DNA from: Utricularia gibba
Taxonomy: Eukaryota; Plantae; Magnoliophyta
DNA length: 64,000 bases
Assembly: GCA_002189035.1 (NCBI GenBank)
Contig: CM007991.1
Coordinates: 2,232,001 to 2,296,000, forward strand
Direction of reading: 5' to 3'
In this document: one piece after another, positions 16,001 through 27,486 of the stretch
How the letters are laid out: the number at the start of each line of letters is the position of its first letter
Numbering within the stretch: position 1 is the first letter of the stretch
Position numbers and translations under genes: made by a program
Notes under the pieces: generated by a model
What the model saw: only the letters and a program-made list of their open reading frames with translations
What the model was told of the DNA's origin: nothing
The model's database searches: none

Positions 16001-19000
16001 TATTTTTTAATGAAATATGAAATTTAAAAAGTACATGTAACTTTAGTCATTTGATTTTTGTGAAGCATGTTTGATTTTAATAGCAGAGCAGCCATTCATT
16101 CTAGGGACTACTATGACATTTCAATATATTATTTTTGGTTGGATAGGAAAAGTAATTTAAATGTTCTTTCTTATTTTATTCACACCAATATCTAATAGAT
16201 GATTCTTCCAAGGAATTGAGAGATTGTATTCAACCATATTTTTTGAGAAGATTGAAAAGTGAAGTTTTTGGGGATAGCAGCACACTTTCCAAGAAGAATG
16301 AGATAATTGTTTGGTTGCGACTAACTCAATGTCAGGTGTACTTTCACTGTACTGTTTCTAATTATATTCTAGTGATTCCTATTGTTATGTATGTACAGTT
16401 ATTAATTTGTTTTCATTATTGTAGCGCCAACTTTACACAGCATTTTTAAGAAGTGAGATTGTACTGTCTGCTTGTGATGGTTCTCCTCTTGCTGCACTTA
16501 CGGTAAAAAATTGGCTTCTTTTCTTTTGGATTGATTTTCATAATACGCAGTCCCGCATATGGTTTTGATTTACCGCTGGTCTTTTTTTCTGAAATGAATT
16601 TTACATTAACCTGAAACAGATTTTGAAAAAAATATGCGACCACCCTCTTCTTTTAACTAAAAGAGCTGCTGAGGATGTCCTTGAAGGCATGGACTCGCTG
16701 ATTAACCAAGAAGATCGTAGTGTTGCTGAAAGATTGGCAATGCATGTTGCAGATGTTGCTGAGAGATTTGATATTTCTGAGGACCATGAGATATCCTGCA
16801 AAATTTCGTTTATTCTATCTTTGCTGGTGCGCCTCCATCTAACTGCATTTCCTTCTACTATTGAGGCGTGAACTTACTGTTTTCATCTGGTTGCAGGGAG
16901 ATTTAATTCCCAAAGGGCACAATGTACTAATATTTTCTCAAACGAGAAAAATGCTAAACCTTATTCAGGTTCTGATGTTTTTTAATTGGGGGCCGGGGGT
17001 GAAAAAACTTTTGTAATGAATCTTCTGGACTCGATTATTTAATTCTTTCTTCAACAGGAAACTTTGATCAAGAATCATTACGAGTACATGCGGATAGATG
17101 GAACAACTAAATCCAGTGACAGAGCTAAACTAGTTGAGGTTTGGTGTCTCCCTTGAATGTCTGACCATTTCCCAGAAAAAACATCATGTTTGGCCTTTCT
17201 TTCCATTCTTTACCATAGGATTTCCAAGAGGGTCGTGGAGCCCCAATTTTCCTCTTAACATCCCAAGTAGGTGGATTGGGCCTCACACTAACCAAGGCAG
17301 ATCGTGTAATTGTTGTTGATCCAGCATGGAATCCAAGGTTTATTAGGAAAAATAGAATCATGTTTCTTAGAACGTTCCTTATTATAATGTGTTGTCTATC
17401 CAATCCATGAGATGATACTTTTCTCCACAAGAAGAGGACGTAAGGAGATTAAAAATGAAAAATGGGTTCAATTTCACATGTTGCAGAAATCCTTTTCTTT
17501 TGTTCATGTTTGCTAACTATGTAACCCATGCAGCACTGACAGCCAGAGTGTAGATCGTGCTTACCGGATTGGACAGAAGAAGAATGTCATTGTTTACAGG
17601 TTAATGACATCCGGTACTGTAGAAGAGAAGATCTATAGGAAACAGGTTTCTAGATTTCACCTCTCGAATTTTACATTGTAACTTCTCTGTTGTTTGGTCA
17701 ATAATTTGCCATCATGTTGCTCCATATATATCATCAGGTATTCAAAGGGGATTATTCAGGAGTGCCACTGAACACAAAGAACAGATACGTTATTTTAGTC
17801 AACAGGTATTTGTGTGAAGCTTTCAAAATACCCCAGCAAGGTCCTTGCCCATGCATGTGCATTTTTGCATTCCATTTTAATTGGATGGCTCATGACTACC
17901 TTTCATGCAATATGAATTTTTAGGATCTGCGGGATCTGTTCTGTTTGCCTCGACAAGGATTTGATGTCTCTCTAACTCAACAGCAACTTCTTGAAGAACA
18001 TGATGATCAGCATAAGATGTACAGTATTTCTTTTGTTGCATCTGCGTTACCCGCCTTTATTTTGTTTCTCAGATCCCTCCCACAGACTTGGGTTTGAATC
18101 TTACATACATTGTGTTTTTTGGAGTCTGATATCATATATTTTTGTCCTTCCAAATGCAGGGAAGATTCTCTAAGAACTCATGTAGAGTTCTTAGAAACAC
18201 TTGACATAGCTGGAGTTAGTCAACATAGCCTGCTCTTTTCCAAGGAGGCGCCATCGCAGGCGCTTGGAAGAGAGGAGGAACAGGAAATGCAAAGGTGAAG
18301 AATTCTCGAACCTAAGAAAAACTGTTGAAGTTACACAATGATAGTACCCCTAGCAACATGAGTTTGATACCGTTCCTGCTTCTCTGAAGCTGTTTGTACT
18401 TGGATTCAATATCCGTTTCCTAACCATGTTATTTACCCTGTTTTGTTGCAGGCAAAGAAATGTGTTTATTGGGAGAGCCCCTTCTCGATCAGTGAACGAG
18501 CACGATGTTGATGGGTAATGATGCATAACATTGTTGATTCACCTGCTTCAGTTTAAACCATGATTCTTTTTTCTCTTCAAATCGCAGCGCTCGGTTTGCC
18601 TTCAACCCGAAGGATGTGAAGAACCATCACAGGTACTCAAATGCCAAAACCATGGAACCATCAGAAGATGAAATCAAAGATAAAATTTTCCGACTTTCCC
18701 ATGTGCTTGAGAATAAGGTGATCTCTCCTTCCAAATCATAATCACAGCCACTCGGGTCACGTTATCTTCAAGTTATGATCATAATCTTGCCACTTTTGGG
18801 TACAAGGCAAGAAATCAAAGGATTCCAAACAGAGCTTTGCTTACTTCCATCTCCTCTCTGTGTATCTGGAATTGAAGCTTTACTTCACCCCCTTCCCTTA
18901 ATGCCTTTTCAGGTCACTCTGTCCAGACTTCCTGATAAAGGAGCAAAGATCCACACTGAAATAGCTGCTCTGAGCCTTCAACTGCAGAACATAAGATCGG

Positions 19001-19038
19001 GGAGACGCAACGAGGAACACGATATAATACAACTATAG
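13022..19038 (+). CDS. CHR24: SNF2-family ATPase CHROMATIN REMODELING 24 (ERCC6L/PICH-like); apparent 1-nt frameshift at 17747-17750
   Basis: [13 protein letters not shown]...[15 protein letters not shown] (motif I), YMILDEGH (DExH), [45 protein letters not shown]; N-terminus PLSLNQRH...IQGRQRLCR typical of CHR24; stop 19036-19038. Confidence 0.93.
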
Positions 19039-19575
19039 AGCTATCAGAAGACACCATCCTCATGCTGGTTATGCCACGTTGATTCTGCCTGCCTCTTCAT
19101 CATCAACTCACAACCCTTTTGTCTCGGGCACGTTCCAAGGCCTCAACTCATCCCATCCTTTTTTTTGCTCCAAGATGGGAAACCCAATTGCCATTTGGCT
19201 TCATGGCAAATATATATATTTTTTCAATGGCAAGAACAACAATTAGAGATTTTAAAAGTAAAAATGAAATAGTCTCATCTTCATTTTTTTCATATATTAA
19301 AATAATAATATTATTATTAAATTTTTGACACAGGGTAACTTTTGTAGTTTATCCCAAACGCCTGCATGTTTTGGTGGTTCTCCAACTCACCCACATGAAG
19401 AATGGATATGGCCAAAGTTTGTGTTTGGTAGCTTTTATTTTATCTATTCATTTATTTATTTGTCTTATTTAATTATATTTTGAAAAAAAAATTTAAAAAA
19501 AAAAAAGAAAAAAAGTGCGTTTCAGTTCCTATATATTTTGTACTGGTTTACTGCGGCGAGACGTAAGAAATCTGA

Positions 19576-20693
19576 ATGGGTTACCTTTCCTGCAAAGCTG
19601 CGCAATCGATCGCAACGGTTGATCCCCATGACGATTCTCCTTCTTCTTCCCGCGAATCCAAGAATCCTGTTCATCATAGACGTCGCACAGAAGAGCCCAT
19701 CAAAATCCAAGATTTCAGTTACGGTGACCTAGCAATGGCCACGAACAACTTCTCTGAGACGAAGCTGTTGGGAAGAGGTAGCCATGGTCTGGTCTACAAG
19801 GGCGTTCTACGCGGCGGGCGCCTCGTTGCTATCAAAAGGCCCTCAAACTCGCCCGCTTCGCAAAACCTGCATGAAATTGACAATGAAATCGATATTTTGT
19901 CACAGGTTCGCAGCCCTCGATTGGTCAATCTTCTGGGGTTTACTAAGAAGGGGTCTCATGATAGCCTGTTGGTGTTTGAGTTTATGTGTAATGGCACTCT
20001 TTACGATGCTTTGCACTCGTCTAATTCGAGGCCTCTTGCTTGGGGAAGGAGGATCAAGTTGGCCTTGCAAACGGCTATGGCTATTGATACGCTTCACTCT
20101 TTAAGCCCGCCGGTGATTCATCGGGATGTTAAGTCTGCAAATGTTTTGATTGATGAAAACTTTAATGCCAGATTGGGTGATTTTGGGTTGGCTTTGAGAT
20201 GTGGCGATGGCGACCATCGATCAACTCCTCCTGCTGGGACATTGGGGTATCTGGATCCTTGTTATGTTACTCCTGACAATTTGAGTACTAAGAATGATGT
20301 ATTTAGCTTTGGTATACTTTTGCTGGAGATCATTAGTGGGCGGAAGGCTATTGATATGGGAAAGTCCCCACCTTGCGTGGTAGATTGGGCTGTTCCTTTG
20401 ATCAAAAGAGGGAAGTTGTTCTCTTTATATGATCCCAGAATCCCCCTCCCGTGAATGCCACTGTGAGAAAGATGCTGGCCTTTGTGGCTGCAAAATGTGT
20501 GAGGTCATCCAGGGAGAAAAGACCATCCATGAACGAGGTTGTCCAGTGTTTGATTGAGCTAAGAAAGTTGGTTCCCCTTCATTCATGGAGTGGCCTCGCT
20601 AATCCCTGCTTCATGATCGATACTTCTGGGGAGCCCTTTCGATCTCCTGTTGCTCGAAAACATAAAAATGTGAATGACATAGCAGAAGAGTAA
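19576..20693 (+). CDS. Intronless receptor-like cytoplasmic Ser/Thr kinase (MGYLSC N-terminal acylation type); apparent 1-nt frameshift at 20442-20446
   Basis: LGRGSHGLVYKG, VAIKR, HRDVKSANVL, DFG, GTLGYLDP, DVFSFGILLLE. The tail AAKCVRSSREKRPSMNEVV lies in the next frame (ORF 20451-20693). Confidence 0.92.
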
Positions 20694-21835
20694 GCCCTGG
20701 ATGCTGAGATGTGTTAGTTATTGTTGGTGCAGGAGTGATTCCTAATCCATTGCTGTTGTAGATGGTAATCAACTTAAGTTGTATCCTTCAGAAACATGCG
20801 ATTTCGATTCCTGTAAATTGCACTTGATTCTGTTGGTGCTGGGCACTAAGGATCCATCGTTTCTGAAGGGAAGTAATCAATCCATATTCATTGAGAATTG
20901 TTATCCGTTCCTGTAAATTGCTCTTAATCTTCTGCAACACTTTGTTGTTGCTGATTTGTAACGCTAATGCTTCTGATGAGTGAATTTCCTCCATTTTATG
21001 GGCATCAAACTTGAGTTGCTGCGGATTCATCATTAAAAATGTGATTCCTTTGGCTACTCTAACATCCCGAGAATTCAGACAGACTCCATTTTCCTGTAGT
21101 AATCAAATTATGTTTCACAAGATCCTTAAAGGCTTAAAGAAAGACGTGTTTCCTCTCCCTCTTGAGTCCTCTAGATAGTAGTACTTGCTGCCCAGGCCAC
21201 ACCTGATGATGCTTCAATCTGAAATGAAGCTGTAACAGATTCATCTCAACATCATGTGAGTGATTCTCTGAGTCTATTGTCTTGATGAGGATTCAGATTC
21301 CTTTGTTTTATGTTATCATCTCGTTCATTGAATTTACATTGGGAGTAGCGCAGAAGAAGAAGACACACACGTGAACGCTCCATGTGAGCGCTATCTTGCA
21401 GTTACCTGCTGAAAATTCCAGCACACTGCGTTTGTTTTAGAGCTTTTTTCTGGGATGTCTTGTGACAAATTGTAGCAGCCTTTTACAATTGATTCCTTTG
21501 TCTTGTTTGTTTGGGGATGTCATCTGCTGCAAATGTTAGTTACCAGCTGCCACCATTTTTAAACCTCTGAAGATTGTCGGAAAGGTAGAAAGACACTTAG
21601 GACCGGTTTCAACCGATGTTGAAGTTTGTTTTAAACTTGGACCCTTGGACCGGCTTGGCCCGAAAAAATACGGTTTTTTTCCAAAAATTGAAATTAAATA
21701 TTCTACACTGGGCCGGATCCAGTATTAATGGACTGGCTCAATATCAGCCCAGGTTTGATCCAATACGTATACAGTTGTAAGAGGAATGGGAAACGTCATC
21801 GTCGATCGGCGGATCCCGGTGCCGTGAATTCAAGA

Positions 21836-23760
21836 ATGAACGTGAAGAAGAAGGAAGAGAATCAATACGAATTCTGCAAGGCGTGCCGGTTGAACCACAA
21901 TCAAGGCCGCCGTCACGTGTACTTCCCCAGACACAAGTCCGCAATCTCTTCACTTCTCGCGCGCTTCCAATCGAAGCTCACGGATGTCAAGTTCTTTGTC
22001 AAACATCCGATTCCACTGCGTCCCGAGATCGCATATCAAAATAAGTTCTGGTGCATGTTCTGTGATTGCGAAATTCTCGAGCTTGACAGCGAGTTTTCAT
22101 GGTGGGAAAATTGATGTACTTGTGTTTCCCATATTTTAATTTCGCATCTCGTTATGGTTATTTCCTTGGTGATTTAGTGGAAAAGCAATTAACCATTTGG
22201 CGAGTGAGGAGCATTTGAAGAAGGTGAAGGAGTTCATGCGGAAAAATGGGGCTGGAATGGAACATGTTGATGCATATAGGATAGTTGATGGAGATTTTCG
22301 GAAGGTGAGTTCAATGTTGCAGGCTTTAAGGAGTCGGTTATGGAATTTAAATATGCCGTTGTAATATTTATGTATTTGCAGTGGGAGAAGAAGCTGAATT
22401 CAATTAAGAATGATAGAGTTAAGCCAAGCGCCGCCGGAGCTGTTTTGGTTGGGCCAATGAATAATATCCACAGTCGACCGAATGCTGACTTTGCTAGTGA
22501 TTTTCATGAAGCTAATGTAGATCCCCATAGTGTCAATATTTACAATAATGTTTTACCTTTACAAATGATCACAAATGAGAAAGCTCAGGTATCGTCTTCA
22601 GAATCCTCTTATGTGTGTGGGACTGCTTCTCCCATTCAGTGTATGCCAATTCTAGCTCAGGAAAGAGCTGCTGCATTCTCGAACCTATCAGCAGGTAACA
22701 AATGTTATTCAGCTTTCATCGTTTAATACTTCTTACTAATGCCCTGTACTTTCTTTCATAGGTCGTAAGAACGCCGATTCTCTTGTTGCTCGTCCTAGCA
22801 ATGGATCTGTGAGTTTTGGTCTTGTTTTTCTTCGGTTTCTATGTCTTCTAAATTATGATCTTGCTGGGGACAATGAGTGGGCCTATTAGTTAATCAGATT
22901 TCTTATTGTTTAGAAGGTAGTTTATGAAGGAGCCACTCCCGACGGTGATGGAAGTGCTATCGGTAATATTACAGTTTATGTTTTTTTATCCACGTGTATA
23001 CATATTTTCTAGCATCTGAATCTAACAGGTGCTATGAAAACTATCAAAAAGGTAAAGATGTTTTATAGTAGTAAATTTTGTCTGATAGGAAAGCTGATGT
23101 TCCCTTCATGCTCTCGCACATAATGCCTCTGAAACAGATGTTAGTCTGGATTTTTACCTTATTTGCTTTTCTCCTCTAGGTTTTCTTCAACTCACTCGAG
23201 TTCCTCACCGTGAAGAAACCATAGGTGGAAATGTACACACCGGGGCACCTCCACCTTGGTTTGATCAAACAGGAGGGAGTCATCTTGATATCAAACAAAC
23301 AAAAGTCACAGGCCACTCCAATGCTTCTAAGCCATGGAAATCTTCAAAATTGAACCCAAGGCGTGTTGGAGCAGCTTGGGCAGAGAGAAGAAAGCTGGAG
23401 ATGGAATTAGAAAGTAGAGGGGAGCTTGTGGCTAATGATTATGATTCAAGTTGGCTGCCAAATTTTGGGGGTGTTTGGCATTCTGGCACAAGAAAAGATG
23501 CTAGAAAACAGTTCCAGATGGAAACCAAGGCACCCGTTCAGATTGACTGCAAGCCATCATCACAGTCAGCACCCTTGCAACCCTACATTGGCAAACGAAA
23601 GGTAAAGCCTACCATACCGTCTCCCTGCATAAAACTTGAATATACTTCTCGGTTATTCACTGCTTATAAGATCCTTAAGGCACTGAGGATACTGTGAGAG
23701 ATATTCACTTTCTTCGAAATTTACATTTTTCCATGACAGCGAGCAAACGGTAAAGAATGA
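21836..23760 (+). CDS. TTL: TITAN-LIKE / CCDC84-family zinc-finger protein
   Basis: FCKACRLNHNQGRRHVYFPRHK, FWCMFCD, AINHLASEEHLK, GNVHTGAPPPW, LNPRRVGAAWAERRK, WLPNFGGVWHSGTRK; last mini-exon RANGKE-TGA. Confidence 0.88.
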
Positions 23761-24326
23761 CCTCAGAATGCAAATGCTGAAACGCCCTCCACTGTGGAGA
23801 TCAGGGAGAATGAGAGCCCTTGCTTGTTGTTTTTGTGGAAGCCGGGTTCGATTCTGATCCTTGAGTTAGCATTTTTTTCCCTTGAAAATGCAGTAGAGTC
23901 ATGTACCATAGACAAATTAAAGTTGACATCTTTGCTAATGAATTCGTTCCAACCTCCTCATGACATACATAGCACAGTGTGAGGAGCATGTGGCAGTTTG
24001 CACCAATTTTCATTGGTTGGTTCAACCTCCTCCCCTAGAAGTTGGGCCGCTGTTCTCCCTCTGAAAATGGCTGCACGAACAAAAAGGTGTATAGAGTTAA
24101 GAGAACAAAGTGTCAAGAATGAGAGAAGAGGCAAATCTGTCGAGAAGTTGAGTCATAAGCCAGTTTCCAGAAAAATGTACATGAGACGACGAGCAACACA
24201 CACCGGAAAGGGGTCGGAGATGACCTCAGCGATACAGAATGAGTAATACACAAGAAACGGAAGAAGCGCAACTCCAACGGATTTTGCTGCTGCTGTCATG
24301 GCGCTAACACATGATCAGCTGGAGGT

Positions 24327-26825
24327 CTAGACGAAGGACGGTAAGAGCCAGCCTTGTGTTCTTGCATGCTCCACATAGAACGCAAACTTGTCCTTGGCAT
24401 TGGGGATGTCGAGAGCAAGATCATCGAGCCCATCTTTGATCCTGCTGAAACCTTTCGTCATCTGATTCGTTGTGATCAGCCCCTCGCTGAAACATTCCTG
24501 CAGCAAATCCAGCAACCCGTCGTTTTTCTTCTCCATTGCCATGACTAAGGCTTTCTTCACCACTTCATGATTGAAGAAAGGCATGCCCAGCTCGCGAATG
24601 CACTGGCAGGCCTCGGCCACGACACCCCCACTCTCGTACTCCTCAAGAAGTTTCTGAATCTTGTCCTTGGCATCCTCCACCGCCCAACCAGTGCCCCACC
24701 CCAGCACCTGAGGATCCTCTCCCCAGCGTGCCTTGCTGCTATGAGCGACCGAGCCAGGTACACAGTCTCAGTTCCACTACCATTGGGTGGCAACATTCCA
24801 GCGATCTCTTCCAGATTCAATGGAACTAGGACATCATCAATAACAGCTCTAGCTAGGAAGAAAGCAAGTTCATCGGATGCATCAAGTATGTCCAGTGCAG
24901 TGTCTTCTGCAGATTCCAGAAGCATAACAAAACCATTAACTATGTCTTCGGAAGAGAACATCTCCATATGCAGTGAAGAGAGTAAAACAGATGCCATCTC
25001 CTTTTCTCTATTTTTTCGGTCCATGGCAAGTGTTATAAGCTTCTTAAGAAAAATTGCATTATATTCAGGCATCCCTAGATCTTCCAGACTTCGGATGAGC
25101 TCGGGAACATCATCAGAGGAGAAGTACTCATGAATTATAGTGACAACTTCTTTCTTGTACTGCCTCAACTTCCCCTCATTGCCATCAGGTTGGCCTCCAT
25201 TCTCATCTGGAAGTTTCTGGAACGAAGCATCGAGCCAGCCCTCAGATATTGCCTGTGGAACTAGAGACTGGAATATTTTCTTAGCTGAAGGAATGTCTAA
25301 GGCAAGATCATCAAGACTCTCGGCCAATCTAGTGAAACCCTTTGACATCTGACTAGAACTGATTAGCCCTTCATCCGCTACTTCCCTCAGTAAATTCAGG
25401 ATCAGTGGTTTGGCCGCCTGAGTTTCCATTGCCATTGTCAGAGCTTTTTTTACAACCTCGTGATGGAAAAATGAGACACCCAACTGTCTAATGCACCGGC
25501 ATGCTTCGACAGTATCCCCACTTTCTACATACTCTCTCAAGAGATCAGCAATCTTTTTCTTGACCCCATCGACAGATAACTGTGTACTTCCACCCCACCT
25601 ACTTTCGACTAGTTCTGCATGATGGGGTGCTGAAAGATAGCTTTTCTCAGCTGTATTCAATGCCTGAAATCCCTTGGAGGTTTCAGGAAGCATTTTTTTG
25701 GCACGGGTTACAAACGCTGGAGGCAGAATGTCATCAACAACTGCTCTAGCAATGAATAAAGCGATAACATCAACAGCATCCAGTATATCAACGGCAAGGT
25801 CGTCCGCGGATTCGACCAACATAAAAAATCCCTGGCTAATATGAGCTGCAATGATAACATCAGCATACAGGGCAGATAGCAAAACTGAAGCCATCTCCTT
25901 TTCTTTATCATGCCTATCCATGGCCAAGGAAACAAGGCGTTTGATAAAGTACGGGTGATACTCACTAGATCCCAGTTCTCTTAGATCTGAAGCAGCCAAG
26001 TCCACATCCCCAGTACTAAAATATTCCTCTATAAGAGAAACTACAGCCTTCTTGTACTCATCCAAAGGATCGGTGCCTGCATAACCGACTAGTTGATATG
26101 GTTCCTGTACAATTTTGCAGCAAATAAGCTATCAGGAAGTGCACCAATCAAAGAGGGAAAAAGCGGTGAATTCGTTTCTACCTCTGAACTGTCGTAGTTT
26201 GGATCATTTCGATCAATGAAATATTCACCATCAGTATCAAGTAACTTTCCCCAGGTTCCCTTCCCACCAGCACCATCTATTGACACATTCATGGTAAAGA
26301 AACTCACGTTAAGTTCAAGGTAAGCGCAATTTCTAACCGAAATCTCATATAAAAAAAACCCAAAAAAAAAAATCATGCTCAAACGAATAAAAAAATAGTG
26401 TTAAAATTAATTCAAATCCCATTGCTGCAGTCAGAAATCTGGATTCAAGAATTTCACTTAGATGACCACTCCGTGATTTCTCTAACGCATTCATTGAAAA
26501 AAAAAAATACTGGATATCAAAAGTAGCACATCACCACCCTGTATTTGATTTCAGAAATCTCACCCTTCTTAACCTTGATAAGTTTCCCGGAATGAGACCT
26601 TCTCACATGCCTAACTGCAACACCACCAAGGGCAGCAGACTGTCCACCAGGAGCCTTTACATGATGATGCTCCGAGAGCAAAGAGGAATTCTTCCCTGGA
26701 GAATTGGGAACTGCAGACCTCGGCGACAATGTCAGAGACAATGATGACATCAACTCCGCATTCTGTGTGGCAACTTTCAGCATCTCCCTCTGCTCATCTG
26801 TCAGAAACCCCTCACGGCTAGCCAT
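24327..26825 (-). CDS. MRF: MA3-domain translation regulatory factor (MRF/ECIP1, PDCD4-like; four MA3 repeats); apparent 1-nt frameshift at 24694-24697
   Basis: RHVRRSHSGK, KKDGAGGKGTWGKLLD, DRNDPNYDS, repeated MA3 helices (EEYFSTGDV, FFHHEVVKKAL, DDLALDIP). Confidence 0.94.
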
Positions 26826-27171
26826 TTCCTGCTGTTCTCAAGTAAACCCTAGACAAACAAAACGAATAAAAACAATGCAAATCATTCTTCACATCGAACT
26901 AGTGAAAATCGTAGCACATCAATGCACTTATCAAAACCCTCCTCCCCCTTACCACTCCAACGTGCAGTAAAAATCCTCCGCCCTTGGCTCGGATCTAGCG
27001 CGAGCCAAGACGCACGATAGAAGGAAAAGGAAAAACAACTGAGACTCCGATCCTGAAACGCGACGATGCACCGGATTTCCTCACGAGTGTGCGGTTTCCG
27101 ATAACACAGCCCCGCCGGAAGCCGCCGTACGATGGAAGCTTTCTGATATGAAAAACGGATGAGAACAAAGC

Positions 27172-27235
27172 TTATAAATACGGAGGCTAGGATCAGATGT
27201 ACACGTCCTCACCCAAGTAAGGGTTCCCACGTGTC
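27172..27235 (-). promoter_or_regulatory. Putative MRF promoter: G-box/ABRE (CACGTGTC at 27228-27235), ACGT core and TATA-like element
   Basis: Motifs read directly upstream of the MRF 5' leader; function not demonstrated. Confidence 0.4.
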
Positions 27236-27486
27236 ACAGAACAGTTGCATTTCTCCATTATGGGGGCCGTCTTTCTTATTTTACACCCCCCACCCCCAAA
27301 AAAACGATATTACATTAAAACCCCTTCTCTAGATAAAATATCAAATTGGTATGTTGTGTTATTTACTATTATTATTATTATTCTCGTTAAATAACAACAC
27401 ATTTGATACAATAATAATGACGACATCAGTCAATAGGTCACAGATTTTCAAGGTCAGGGTGTCACTCTTCCAGCCTGCCGAACAGT

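Noticed and set aside
21203-21262. TGATGA...CTGA box C/D-like pairs (also near 33351-33414)
   Set aside because: No terminal stem and no guide I can match to rRNA or snRNA; such motifs are frequent by chance.
23845-23862. GGGTTCGATTC tRNA T-arm-like motif
   Set aside because: The stem does not pair and there is no upstream D or anticodon arm.
24567-25352. Long plus-strand ORFs (188 aa, 70 aa) opposite the MRF gene
   Set aside because: They are antisense shadows of a long conserved exon with no independent protein features; the same applies to most short ORFs in the track.
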